Counted from the stretch's first letter, positions 38,801 through 50,079 are shown. The stretch: DNA of 64,000 nucleotides from Macrostomum lignano (GCA_002269645.1 NIVC01000872.1:109545-173544); one strand, 5' to 3'. Program-made: numbers and translations. Notes: a model not told the origin generated them from the sequence alone.

Positions 38801-39298
38801 CATAAACAATAAATTTCATACTGCACTTTTCATTGACAGAAATTCTTTTTAAGACATATATAAAGGGGTAAAATAGTTAAACAGATAAGATAGTATACTG
38901 TCGATTTAAAGCTAAATTACTTATCTAACTATGTACATCAGTCTATCTATCCATTCACACATCATCCACGGGCACATATTTGCATTAGAAAAATGCATAT
39001 AAAGCCTGGTTTACATTTCCGCAAATAGCTGAAGCTCACAGCTAATAGCTGATTTTCAGAAATCTACTAGCTCAGCGCGACCACTACTAGCGGGTGCTAC
39101 TATCGGCCTCAAATAGATGCATCGCCATGCAGTTCAATTTAACCCGCGAAGATAATAGGCAATATTTGACCCTTGGCCACTGTTACGAGTATATAAAGTA
39201 ATTCAGTCTAGTGCTAGCCCTATCTGTGCTTCGGACAGGGCGTTTTCAATCTAAGAAATCTTGACCAGAAAGCCGTGACCAGCTTTCAGATTTCAAAC

Positions 39299-40264
39299 AT
39301 GCTTTCACGAGCCAAGAAGCTACTGCTACTGGCAATCGTAACGATACTGCAACATCGTAGGCTGATCAGGCAAGGCCGCCGCCCTAGGCGATGGTGGCGG
39401 AGACCGAGTCATCAACGAAGAGAAGAGCTTGGCGAGTTTGCCGGATTGATCCCACATCTGCGAGATAGAGACTCGGAGATGTACTTCAAGTATATGCGCA
39501 TGCGCCCGGCTCGGTTTGAGCATCTGCTTTCACTGGTTGCAACCAAACTCTCCAGGCCATGTGCAAGAAGAGAGGCCGTTCCGGCAGAGGAGAAGCTAAT
39601 GATGACGCTTTGCTATCTGGCTTCGGGTTGCAGCCAAGCCGACTTGTCGTTTCGATTTGGCCGAGGACGCTCTACTGTGTCAGGGGTCGTGTTCGAGACT
39701 GCGATTGCCATCTACGACAGCTGGCGTCAACATATCTCAAGTTTCCTGCATCTGCAGAAGAATGTAAAGCAATCGCTAGTGGATTCTGGGAAGTGGCATT
39801 TTCCGAACTGCCTCGGTGCAATTGACGGCAAGCATTTCAAGGTTTATTGTCCAAGAAACACCGGCTCCCAGTACTTCAATTACAAGCAACAGTTCAGCTC
39901 ACTGGTACTCGCCATGTGCGACAGTAACTACATCTTCACGTACATAGAGAGTGGCAGCGCAGGGAGAGAAGGAGACGCTGGAGTCTTCTCACGTTCAGCC
40001 TTGTACGCTGGATTGGAGTCTGGATCGGTGAAAGTCCCGGAGCCTTCCTGCATTTCTGGCAGCAGCCTCGTCATGCCATTTGCAATTGTCGGTGATGAGG
40101 CTTTCCAGCTGAAGAATTATCTCATGCGCCCATTCCCTGGGAGCGGCGGAATGGTACCATTGGACTACAAGACAATGCAATCTGGTCATGAAAAAAAGGA
40201 AAAAAGATTTGCTTCTAGTTTGCAAAATATTGCACTCTATCGCTTTTATCTCACGCACTTCTAG
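39299..40264 (+). pseudogene. Harbinger (HARBI1-like) DDE transposase, defective
   Basis: Helix-turn-helix region, CLGAIDGKH, YFNYK and VGDEAF motifs present. Two compensating frameshifts; the C-terminal IENAFG/LHN region with the third catalytic residue is absent. Confidence 0.88.
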
Positions 40265-41079
40265 GAGTCATTGGGAGGTGTGACCGTGGATATGATGGAG
40301 CCGAGCATGTCGTCAAAGGAAACTGATCCAGCAGCGGCATCAGCGGCAGGCTCATTTCGGATGGCAACGCTTCGGGGCAGGCCGTGGAGTTGGATTGTGA
40401 ACAACTCGCTCCGCAGGTGCGCCATGGCATAGTCGCGCTCAATTTGCGTTGGAAGCCGACGGATGGCCTGTCCAATTGCTTGGCCAAAAGAGGCATATTC
40501 GTCCTCATCTTTTGTCAGTTGCTGAGTCAACTGGCTGAGGGCAGTATCCAGCTTTGATGCTTCTGTTGCAGTTGCCTTTCTGGCCTTCTTTGGCGCACTT
40601 TCCGCAAACTCTCGCATTGACGCCTCACTGGGGTCAGTTGTTGCAGCCTGTGCCTCTGCTCGACTGGACTGTTGCGCCTCATCATTGACCGAGGTTGCCT
40701 GCTGAGAGGGTCCAGCAGATCCCACAGCTACAAGTTCTGGTGTGGGCGGAGGCACATTTGAGGTAGTATCGCCAATGTAGTCACACTTGTCCAGGAAGTT
40801 CATGCGACTGTATATTCCCAACCGCCTGGGAGTAGGCTTGACCGCACTCCCACTCGGAAGCTTGCTTCCACGCCGGAAAACAAAGTAGTCACGCTTGAGA
40901 CCTTGAAACCGCTTGAGGCACCAAGTTGCATCCTTGCCCAAAGTCTCAGCGATCTGATTCCATGCGCTGGTTTTCGCCTGCTGATCCTTGAATTTTCGGC
41001 TTGATATGTTGTAGACAACTTCATGTTTGGCAACTTCATCTATCAGAGTTGCATCCAACTCCGGAGTCTCGTGTGACAA
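40261..41079 (-). CDS. Harbinger Myb/SANT-like MADF DNA-binding protein with BESS-like C-terminal helix; first exon probably upstream
   Basis: LIDEV..HEVVYNISSRKFKD..AKTSAWNQIAETL...KRFQGLKRDY (MADF); DEYASFGQAIGQAIRRL. The ORF starts at a non-ATG codon just after a cctag acceptor. Confidence 0.85.
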   Translation of the reverse strand: MSHETPELDATLIDEVAKHEVVYNISSRKFKDQQAKTSAWNQIAETLGKDATWCLKRFQGLKRDYFVFRRGSKLPSGSAVKPTPRRLGIYSRMNFLDKCDYIGDTTSNVPPPTPELVAVGSAGPSQQATSVNDEAQQSSRAEAQAATTDPSEASMREFAESAPKKARKATATEASKLDTALSQLTQQLTKDEDEYASFGQAIGQAIRRLPTQIERDYAMAHLRSELFTIQLHGLPRSVAIRNEPAADAAAGSVSFDDMLGSIISTVTPPNDS

Positions 41080-42200
41080 GTCGGATATTTCTAGGTATCA
41101 AGTTGTGTGGAGTTTGGGGTGAAGAATAGAGCATGGTTCTATTCGTTTCATATAGCCTCCAGCTGTGCTCCTGTCTGGTTGTGCAAGAAATTGTCTGTAC
41201 TCATTGTACAGTGAGCAGTGAGCAATGACACAATCGTTTAAATTTACTGTACGCCTACCCCTGCCATCCATGCTGCAGAAGCGGACAACTCAAAGCAAGG
41301 AGTTGTGAGTGTTTATGTGAATGGGGTGCATTTCGGTTTCGTTTGCCATGCATAAAATTGAAAGTTATATTGTCCTTTCTAGTTCTAATAAATAGAACCA
41401 AATAAAATCACTATTAGAGTCTGCCAGGAGCGGCGGACTTTCGGATAGTAGAGCTGCGCACGGATAGTAGCGTTCACAATCAGCTGGTAGCGGCGGCGAA
41501 CAGCTATTAGTTTGAAGCACGGAGCTATTTGCGGAAATGTGAACCAGGCTTAACTCTTTCCTTGCAAACACAATCTTACTGAAACTCAATCTAACTAACA
41601 ACGACATGCAAGCAAACAACAAAGAGACTAAATGACAGCAGCTCATTTCGTTAATGCTATAGGATCATTTTCTCTCGAGGGGCACAAAAACATCAAGAGG
41701 CAAGACAGAGCTGAGCTGCTTTGTGCTTTAGAAATTCCATACGGCACCCAATGGAAAATAATATACATGTACGATTCTGCTTGAAAGCAAGTTAGCAGCA
41801 TCAGAAAAATTGTCTTGTTCATATTTTACAGGGAAATAAGTTGTTCGATGCCTCATATAGTGCCATCTATGCCAAACAGCTAGTAAAGTTGCGGCCTTTA
41901 CTTTTTACCTTTTTATCGATAAGGAGCATTGGATGTGGAAATCAATATAACAAACCAGAAAGAAACGAATGTGCATGACGACTGACGAGTGATAAAAGAA
42001 TACAAGTCACAAGCTATTATACTGCTGTGTAATTATTGATTATTTACAGATTATTTCTGAGACTGAGGTCGCACTGTTGTCGGATTTGTTATGGGCCACA
42101 CGAAGAATTTGACGAGTAGTTTTGATCACGTCGGATAATTTTTATACCGGTACTTTTTACTTTTTATTTTTTTTAGTAGCAATGTAGTTTTTCGATACTA

Positions 42201-42318
42201 CAGGGGTTGCAGCCTAGTGGTCAGAGCATCTGACTCAAGACTTGAAGGTCGGGGGGGGGGTTCGATTCCCGATCGCATGTTGGTTGCATATCTGGCCCAA
42301 TTGGGGCAGGTGTGATCA
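42201..42318 (+). mobile_element. SINE family 2 deletion derivative (tRNA head joined directly to 3' tail)
   Basis: CAGGGGTTGCAGCCTAGTGG...GGTTCGATTCCC followed by GGTTGCATATCTGGCCCAATTGGGGCAGGTGTGATCA. Confidence 0.8.
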
Positions 42319-42717
42319 ATTATTAGGAGTATTATTGGTATTCGGTAGTAAATATCTCATTTTATCAGCACCCAAAGCCTAGAATTTTACTCTTTCATTT
42401 TTAGAACTCGTAATTAACTAGTGTGTAGTTAGCTGTGCTTGCATTGATCCGATAAGTTTCTATAAGATCAAGTGGTTTAATCAACATTACATAAGATACG
42501 TTGCCTAAAACCTCTAACTCTCTGTATACAGGTACATGCTATAGATAATCTAAATGCATCTCTGTTCTATTGATCCATCCTCCATTAGTCGTTAGCTGAC
42601 AATAACCAGAGGAAGCTTATCTGATTTTTACTAGTGCAAGCTAGAGAAATTGATAGAAATTCTCATGCCCCGCCAGGTGAAGGAAGAGAAAGTTACTCTA
42701 GTTTTATACAGCAGTAG

Positions 42718-42905
42718 TTCTCTTTCTCTCTCTCACTCTCTCTCTCTCGTCGTAGCCTATAACGGTTGCTCGAAAGGCCACTAAGCCGGCAGGAAGCAAA
42801 TGTTCGGGGTACTGTACACCATTCGAGTGCACACGAGATGTAGGTTCAATCCCCCGAGCAACCCCAGCCCGAATGTGACGAACAGGTAACGGGGAGAGCA
42901 CGAAA
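42718..42905 (-). mobile_element. Probable 3' end of a non-LTR retroelement/SINE with (GA)n tail and structured body
   Basis: Minus strand ends ...CGAGCAACCGTTATAGGCTACGAC(GA)n; 9-bp inverted pair GGTTGCTCG/CGAGCAACC. Confidence 0.35.
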
Positions 42906-43065
42906 AGGAAGGAGGGTGAAAAGACAGACTGTCTCCTTTATATTTCGTCAGTTCCAAGACAGTCGGACTTAGCGTGACGAGCTCCTAATGGATTAAGGTT
43001 AAATAGCTATAAGGCCTCTCAATTCTCATTCCAGTTGGTTTCATTTATCTTCTGTAAGCTCGAAA

Positions 43066-43392
43066 ATGTCGCTATTCAAGCATCAGCCGATGCCAATCAA
43101 ATGTTGCATTTTACTTCTAGCAGTTGGATTTGTAATTTGGCTGTCGGCGAGGCGACACGACCCGATCGACAACGAAGGAAACGCTGACAAAGCCAACGCA
43201 TACGATGCTTTTCTCATCATAGGGATTCTCGCTTACTACGCGGCCACCCTGATAGTCTATTGGATTGCTGTTAACGAACCGCCAGATTGCTCCGCATTGT
43301 TCTTGCTACTAGGAGCGGTGGCTGCTTCTGCTGCTGGTGAGGTTCTTATACTGGTATATATACATCGGTGTCGATTTTACACGGACGTTTAA
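43066..43392 (+). CDS. Hypothetical 108-aa protein with three hydrophobic segments
   Basis: ATG-to-stop ORF in non-repetitive DNA, preceded by a pyrimidine tract and AG (tcttctgtaag); no family recognised. Confidence 0.5.
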   Translation: MSLFKHQPMPIKCCILLLAVGFVIWLSARRHDPIDNEGNADKANAYDAFLIIGILAYYAATLIVYWIAVNEPPDCSALFLLLGAVAASAAGEVLILVYIHRCRFYTDV

Positions 43393-45114
43393 GACTCGCT
43401 TTTACCACAACGCTGAACATGTGACTACGCTCGTAGTTTTCTTTTAAGGGTATGTTCACAGTAACTTGAAAAGTAAACCAAGAAAATTAGTAGATTAAGT
43501 AGTCCAATAATATTCTTGATTTTATTGCACTGAAGTACAAGAATTTACAAGATTCATTAAAGCGGCGACGGCAAGGTTTGGGCCAATTCCAGTACAGACA
43601 ACAGACGGCATAAATTATTGTTGAACTGTTTCGTAGCTTGGCATATTGGCAGGCGGTCAAGTCAAGAATATTTAAGAACGTTATTTTCATAAGAAACCTC
43701 AACTCCTCGATTCCATAACGCGTCAACACAGCGATCTCGGGCAGCATAGCCCTGTCAATAGTGGGCACCATAAATCATTCCGACCGGCTGGCCTGGTCTT
43801 CAACAGCCGCGGCAATGGGGGCCCTACTATTCAGCTACGAGTTGGCTACGAAACGACGCAGACAGACTCAACCAGGTGGTGTCGACGTTGGAGGCGACGG
43901 CAGTGACGGAGCACACTGCACGATTCAAACCATTGCCCATAGTAGCAATAATAATTTTAACAACCATCTAGATCGGCACGATGTAAGAGACGGTCAAAGG
44001 TCAGGCGGAAAATAGATTTGCAAGTGATTGAAGAGGTTATAAGTTCTAAGCCTTTCCAAGTTAATAAGTTAAACCAAAATCGTGCCATTGAAGAGCAGGA
44101 AAATTGTTTTGAATAAAAGGTTTCCAGAGTAAAAGTGTTTGTATAAACTGGTAGCTCGTACCTCGTACTAGCGGTTGCCGTTGCTTAAGCAAGCTAAGAT
44201 TGTAAAATGTTTTTGTTCAAATTTTCGTTTTACTATTTTTCCTTAAAATTATAACAAAACCCGACTCGCTTATCCGTCCAAAGATCTGTTAAAATTTTAG
44301 AGCACTTATATAATCACGTGCACAACTGATATAAATTATTCAAACTGCACTACTGCAAGTTTACACAAAAGTAGTAGATAAAGATATTTTTCAGCTATAC
44401 TCACCAAATAATAGACATCGTTCGTTTAAAAATTCCACAGCCGTAATTGGCAGATGAGAGGCCACTGTTTTCAAGTCGCACATTGCTTTCAAATTTTTAA
44501 TTCAATGCTTCACATTGATGCGTTATTTGTTTAATTAATAAATAAAAGCACAGAAACGAAAATTATTAGGAATCGTTTGTTAGAAACTTGCCAAAGCTTA
44601 ACTTTTACTCGTAGCTACGACTACGAGTCTCGTAGATTTACAGATGGTACTTTATATCATATAGCTTTGAATTGAATTGAATTAGGATTCACTGCGATAT
44701 TTTGCGGCTTATATGGGTTCAGAAGAATTCAACGCTAAATTTAAACTAAGCTTGTTGAATTTTCAGAACAGTTTTAGGAAGGAGTACACTGCAGCGACAA
44801 CTAACCATAGTTTAATCATAGAATAAACTTATCTATCTATAGACTACAAAGAGAGGAACAGTTTCTGTTAGTGTTGCTTTAGAAACGATTTCACTGTGAC
44901 ATGGAAACCGCCTTCATTGATATTTGGGTTGACTATAAAATATCTGTAAGCGGACACTATATAGAGATGGAATGTCATAAAAATTTACTACATCACACGG
45001 ACACATTTAATATGGAGAACAATATTTTCTATTCTCTAGTTGGCTTTCACGACCGAAATGTAAGAAGTGAATCTGTAGACTTATCTAAGGAGCCTATCTG
45101 CATATTTGGCTATC

Positions 45115-45375
45115 GATCTATCTAATATATCCATCTATCTATCTATTTATCTATATATCTATCTATCCATCTGCCTGTCTATTTATCAATTGTCTGAGAT
45201 CTGAGACAGATAAATAGAGATAGATAGACATCTATCTATCTATCTATCTACCTAACTATCTATCTATCTATCTACCTATCTATCTATCTATCTAGCTATC
45301 TATCTATCTACCTACCTATCTATCGATTGATTTATCTACCTATCTATCTATCTTTTTCTGTTTCTAGTAATCTAT
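45115..45375. repeat. (TATC)n microsatellite with a short internal fold-back
   Basis: Direct reading; orientation flips around 45190-45225. Confidence 0.85.
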
Positions 45376-45485
45376 CTATTTAGCCAGCATAACAGATCGT
45401 CATTAAATTTATTATACATCTGTTTGCAAAACATCTAAAAAACGGAGTACGATTGTGTAGACTTCACTTTGCTATCATTTGCTCA

Positions 45486-45590
45486 AGGGAGTCAGTGGAA
45501 TGAGCAGTAATGCCTTACGTCGCCGGTTATGTGACAATACCGCTCGCTTAAAGTGCGCCATTGTGCACAAAGCCCTCTGCCTCAAAAAAA
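45486..45590 (+). mobile_element. 5'-truncated, diverged SINE family 1 3' end
   Basis: GGGAGTCAGTGGAATGAGCAGTAATGCC...AAAGTGCGCC...TGCCTCAAAAAAA matches the SINE1 tail. Confidence 0.75.
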
Positions 45591-46532
45591 TAAATAGCCA
45601 TTTTGTTACGCCTGAACTACATTAGAAACAATTATTAATTTTAGCATTAAAAAAAATGCTATAGTATAGCCTGTACTATACAACATGATCGAGTCACAAG
45701 TCATAAAACCCAGCAAACATAGTACTGCATTATAATCATTGTCTTCTTCTTATTGTGAAGACCATGCCAGCTGGAAAAAACCGTTTATGAGCAGCGTACT
45801 CTTACGGGAACATTTTTTAGCTGAACAGTCATCACACAGAAAAACATTCATACACCATGCAAGCTTTTGTATTACACAGTTAGCTGGATTTTAGAGACAC
45901 TGGTGATGACAGCAAAACATTTTCTGTTTAATTCAAGTCTGCCGCTATGAATGTTATAGAAATAACGAAAAAATCAATTTCATTGAGACCAAAAATTCTC
46001 ATCAGTCAATTTGGCCAGATTATAGACCACTTATAATTGGATCAGTTAAAAACTTTTAGGCCGTTTATTTTTATCAACAAGAAGAGTTTAAGTTAAATTC
46101 CATTCAACAGTAACCACAAGTAGTTTTAGGCACCTACCTAAACATTCAAAATTCAATAAATGCAGAAAAATGCATAGACGAACACATAAGTAAACATTGG
46201 TATTTTCATTCAACTTAAAACTGTTTTTGTATTCTATTGTTGTTTTCACGAAAACTAGCCAAAATAAATTGACGTGGAAATTTAAATATGAATACATTCG
46301 CTTTAATCTATAAGAACTTTAACAAACATCGTTAACTATTGCAAATACAATAACCCTAAGATAGTGATTATGATGTACCAAAATGAAACGTAAAAAGATG
46401 TTTCTTTAGCCTTCTAGCTCAAAACACACTGAATTAGAGCAGTGGACTCGTTAAATTTGGTCTGGTAAAATAATACCCCATTTTCGGAACACACGTTACA
46501 ATGTCCGTTTTCCTAGGCACTCACACGCATCA

Positions 46533-48770
46533 TCAAACTGCTCCATCATCGTCATTCCGACCGCCGTCCAGTACTAATCGGCTGCGCTTCTTTGCTGCTC
46601 GTTCCGCTTCAACGCTGGCTACAGCGCGTCGACGAAGAGTCTCAACGTCCGCCCGCTGCTTTCCAGTCCCATCGCCGTCGCCTTCATCTCCGCCGCTAAA
46701 CTCAAGCAGCAGCCGACGGCCGTACAGATGAGCCGAGCCGGACAGCTGCTCAACCGCGCGTCGAGCACTTTCGGCGCTGACAAATTGTGCAAAAGCGAAG
46801 CCGCGATGCCCGCCCTCTGGTTTTCGTGGCAATCGAACCGAACCGACAATCTCGCCGAACGGCGCCAAAAGAGCGCGAAGCTCTTTAGAATTAGCCTGGA
46901 AAGCGACATTTCGAATGAGAACTTTGTTGGCAGTCGGCTGATCAGCTTCATCTTGAGTTTGTTTATCAGTTGTCGCTTCCGCTTTCTCTTGCTGCTTCTT
47001 ATTTTCCTGATCGAGACAGCCAACAGGCGCCCACTCCAGGTACAATGGCCGATCAACAAATCGAGTAAATGCCGTTCGTCGATAAGCTGTCCTGGCCTCT
47101 TGCGGAGTTGCGTAGGCAACTAACCCCGTGACGCCGTGCGTAGGCGGCAGTACGAGCTTTTCAAAGCCGGGAAAAGCGGCGTAGATCTTCTCCAGCTGAT
47201 CCTGAGTCCCAGCACTGACTGGTAGATTCTTTACTAAGAATACTCGATCGGATCGTTCGTCACTGCCAGGCCTGCGCTTACCAAAGCTATCAAGATTGAC
47301 GCCGTTCTCTTCTAGAAAGCGACGCGTTCGAGCAACTAAATCGGCCTCGCCGTGGGCTAAGCGAACGGCTACGCTGGCGCCATCGCTGCCGGCACGCTGG
47401 CCTTCGGATAGGAGATTCGCCTTGGCCTCGCCGAGCTGCTGCGACACCAAATTAGCCACTGTATCGGCGCCGAGAAACAACGCGTTCCAGCTAGCCAAAT
47501 GTGTCCCGCTAGAGGCTCGAAGCTCGGCCGCTTTCTTGCGCTGAAATGCGGTCATTGGCCGCTCGCCAGCCTGACGTGATTTCTTAGCTTCAGCCAGTTC
47601 AGCGTCCTCGTCTTCCGGCTTGCCATCGGCTGGCAGCAGATGCAAGTTTCTACCCATAAAGTCGGTACCGTCTAGCGCTGTGTAAGCTTTCAAAGCGTGC
47701 TCAGGAAATAGATAGCTGACAAAGGCGAAACCTTTGTTACGCTTCAGTAGCGATTGATAAGACAAGTGTAACTCTGACACCTCGCCAAACGGTTCAAATA
47801 GAGTGCGCAGTTCTGCTTCAGCGATGTCGTAGGGCAAATTTCTAGCAAATAAGCGACCAGTGTCTAAGATTTTCTCTTCGATTTCACTTTGAGACGCTGG
47901 TTTTATATCACCAGTTGCTCTGGTGGATTTCGGCTTAGATGATGATGATGGTGTAACAGGCTGAGTTTCAACAGATTCAGCAGCGACACGCCTCACTAGG
48001 ACCTTTTTCTTTCCCATATTTCTTTTATTATACACGCTAACGGCAGTCTGTGCGTCCGACTCGGTAGACAGCCGAGCGTAGGCGCAGCCTGTGCGAGCAA
48101 TTTTCACTTTCTGCACTGGCAGCGGTGCAAAGAATTCGCGAATAGCTCGAGCCTGAATGCCAGGCGGACAGCCTTTCAGCTTGACAACAAACTGGCCAGA
48201 CAGAACGCCAGTAGAAGAAGATTTCGACGGCTCCTCGTCAGCAAGTTCGTCGTCATCCACGGCACTGACAGGCGTTGCAGTCTTCGATTTTACCTTTAAC
48301 TTCAAATCTTTCTTAGCAACCGACTGTTCAGTGGAATTCTGGCACCGAGAAGGCAGCGGCCTGCACGGCATAATCTGCACCCGACTTGCGCCAACGAACG
48401 CACCGTTCAGTTGCTTCAGCGCCGCTGACGCGGACTCCGCTGAACGAAACCCGACGAAAGCAAAGCGACGAAACTTGCCATCTGGTGCAAACTTGAGCTG
48501 CACGTCTGTCAGCTGACCAGGAATCGGTTGAAACAGTCTGCGCAAGTCTGCTTCAGTAGTTTTGCTTGGCAAGTTATTGACAAACAATCTGGTTGACTGG
48601 ACTTCTATTGACTCAGCTTCTGCGCTTTGATCTTCATTGTCCTGTTTGCCTGTAATCTGATTTTGGCTCGTAGCCTCCTTACTTTGCAATTTCTGCTGTT
48701 GTTTCCGTTGCTGTGACTGGTCTTTCAGCAGTTTTTGTTGCGCTTTCTGCTTTTTTGAAGTTGGCTTCAT
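46533..48770 (-). CDS. RBM19: RBM19/Mrd1 multi-RRM ribosome biogenesis factor, 745 aa, single coding exon
   Basis: RRM1 TRLFVNNLP...DGKFRRFAFVGF; RRM2 VKLKGCP; RRM3 TGRLFARNLPY...FPEHALKAY; linker SWNALFLG...SVAVRLAHGEA; RRM4 ...LYLEWAPVG; last RRM ...HLYGRRLLLEF. Confidence 0.95.
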   Translation of the reverse strand: MKPTSKKQKAQQKLLKDQSQQRKQQQKLQSKEATSQNQITGKQDNEDQSAEAESIEVQSTRLFVNNLPSKTTEADLRRLFQPIPGQLTDVQLKFAPDGKFRRFAFVGFRSAESASAALKQLNGAFVGASRVQIMPCRPLPSRCQNSTEQSVAKKDLKLKVKSKTATPVSAVDDDELADEEPSKSSSTGVLSGQFVVKLKGCPPGIQARAIREFFAPLPVQKVKIARTGCAYARLSTESDAQTAVSVYNKRNMGKKKVLVRRVAAESVETQPVTPSSSSKPKSTRATGDIKPASQSEIEEKILDTGRLFARNLPYDIAEAELRTLFEPFGEVSELHLSYQSLLKRNKGFAFVSYLFPEHALKAYTALDGTDFMGRNLHLLPADGKPEDEDAELAEAKKSRQAGERPMTAFQRKKAAELRASSGTHLASWNALFLGADTVANLVSQQLGEAKANLLSEGQRAGSDGASVAVRLAHGEADLVARTRRFLEENGVNLDSFGKRRPGSDERSDRVFLVKNLPVSAGTQDQLEKIYAAFPGFEKLVLPPTHGVTGLVAYATPQEARTAYRRTAFTRFVDRPLYLEWAPVGCLDQENKKQQEKAEATTDKQTQDEADQPTANKVLIRNVAFQANSKELRALLAPFGEIVGSVRLPRKPEGGHRGFAFAQFVSAESARRAVEQLSGSAHLYGRRLLLEFSGGDEGDGDGTGKQRADVETLRRRAVASVEAERAAKKRSRLVLDGGRNDDDGAV

Positions 48771-50079
48771 TTCATGAACGAAACGGTTGAGAAAGAGTCA
48801 ATTTAAACATCGTTTATCTTACCTAGGATACAAAAATACCAGGTCACTAAGGCTCTGTAGCTAGGTAATGAATGTATGAATGAATTAATGAATGTGCAGT
48901 TCAATAAAAAGACATCTAATAAGGAATATCAATAAATTGATGGTGCAAGCTAAATCTTAAAAGTATTTGTGAAGATTCCTGTTCAACACTAAGGGTATCT
49001 CAGTATCTGTTAGGTTCCCGTTTAACCTATCACCAATATACAACTTTACAACTTTTAAAGCAATTTATTAATAAAAGAAGAAAGCTAAAAATACCCGAAT
49101 TACTTTATCTACGAGGCAGTAAGCGACAATTAATTGATGCTTTTCCTACTCTGTAATATGTATATTTTAATAAATTGTTTAGTAAACGTCAATTATATTG
49201 CCACGAATTTCCCCCTTTCAACTTATAATTGCGGTTAAAAATTAAAATATAGAAGGGCAAAAATAACTGCTGAGACACACAGAGAAAATATATGATTATA
49301 AAATAAGCCGAGGCGCAGACAGCAGAGTTTAAAATGAAAACTACAATTTTAATAAATAATTAGAATAATAGAAACAATGGGAAAAATAAAAAAGGTTAGT
49401 CTAACAGTCCCACTGAGTAAAATACAGTTTGTTTAAAAGATGTATGCAACATATTATATTTAATAAAACATAGAAAATTATTATAGCAACTGATGGGACA
49501 ATAAATTTACCATTGCACACAAAAAAGCTTGGAAAAATGAAATAATACAATTTATGTGTCTATAATAATATTTTGGCAATAAAGCAAAGCTCTGACTTTA
49601 CAAGTTTTACAATTATCTACCATAATACGCGGACACGAGTTTATTTTCAAGATACAAACACGCAAACAACTGCATCAAAAAGCCTAATGAAAATACTAGC
49701 AATTATCCACAATAATAACTCAAATTTATATTAGCGCTAATTGTGGAAGAAAACTGCAGCATAAGAGGTGGTGCTTTTAATCAGCGAAATTAACTACCAT
49801 TCGCGTCCTTGAGTATCGATGGTGGGAAAAAAGGCGTAAATTCTATTTGAATACTTTCAGTTGAATTTGTAGTGCTTCATGACATAATTAAGAAATGGAA
49901 AGTTAGAAACAACTTCCCCGATAGACTGTTGTTCTATTACTTATAGTTTTTCCAGTTGTTTCCTTTCACAGAAGGAATTCATTCTAATCACAAGAAGTTC
50001 TCAGACCTTGTTTTGTGCTCTCAGTCTTCATTATTCAGTGAGGTTTAGCCATAGACAGTCATTTAACTGGTGCTTAAAT

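Larger units (their letters stand above)
39003..41550. mobile_element. PIF/Harbinger DNA transposon, 2548 bp, with both ends
   Basis: 28-bp TIRs AGCCTGGTTTACATTTCCGCAAATAGCT (1 mismatch); TAA TSD at 39000-39002 and 41551-41553; convergent DDE transposase and MADF genes. Confidence 0.95.

Noticed and set aside
41950-42030. Hammerhead-like GAAAC...CTGACGAG
   Set aside because: Spacing and stems do not fit, and no GAAA follows the putative stem II.
46501-48516. Antisense and alternate-frame ORFs over RBM19 (and similar ones over SH3RF and the Harbinger genes)
   Set aside because: Expected shadows of GC-rich coding sequence; no motifs.
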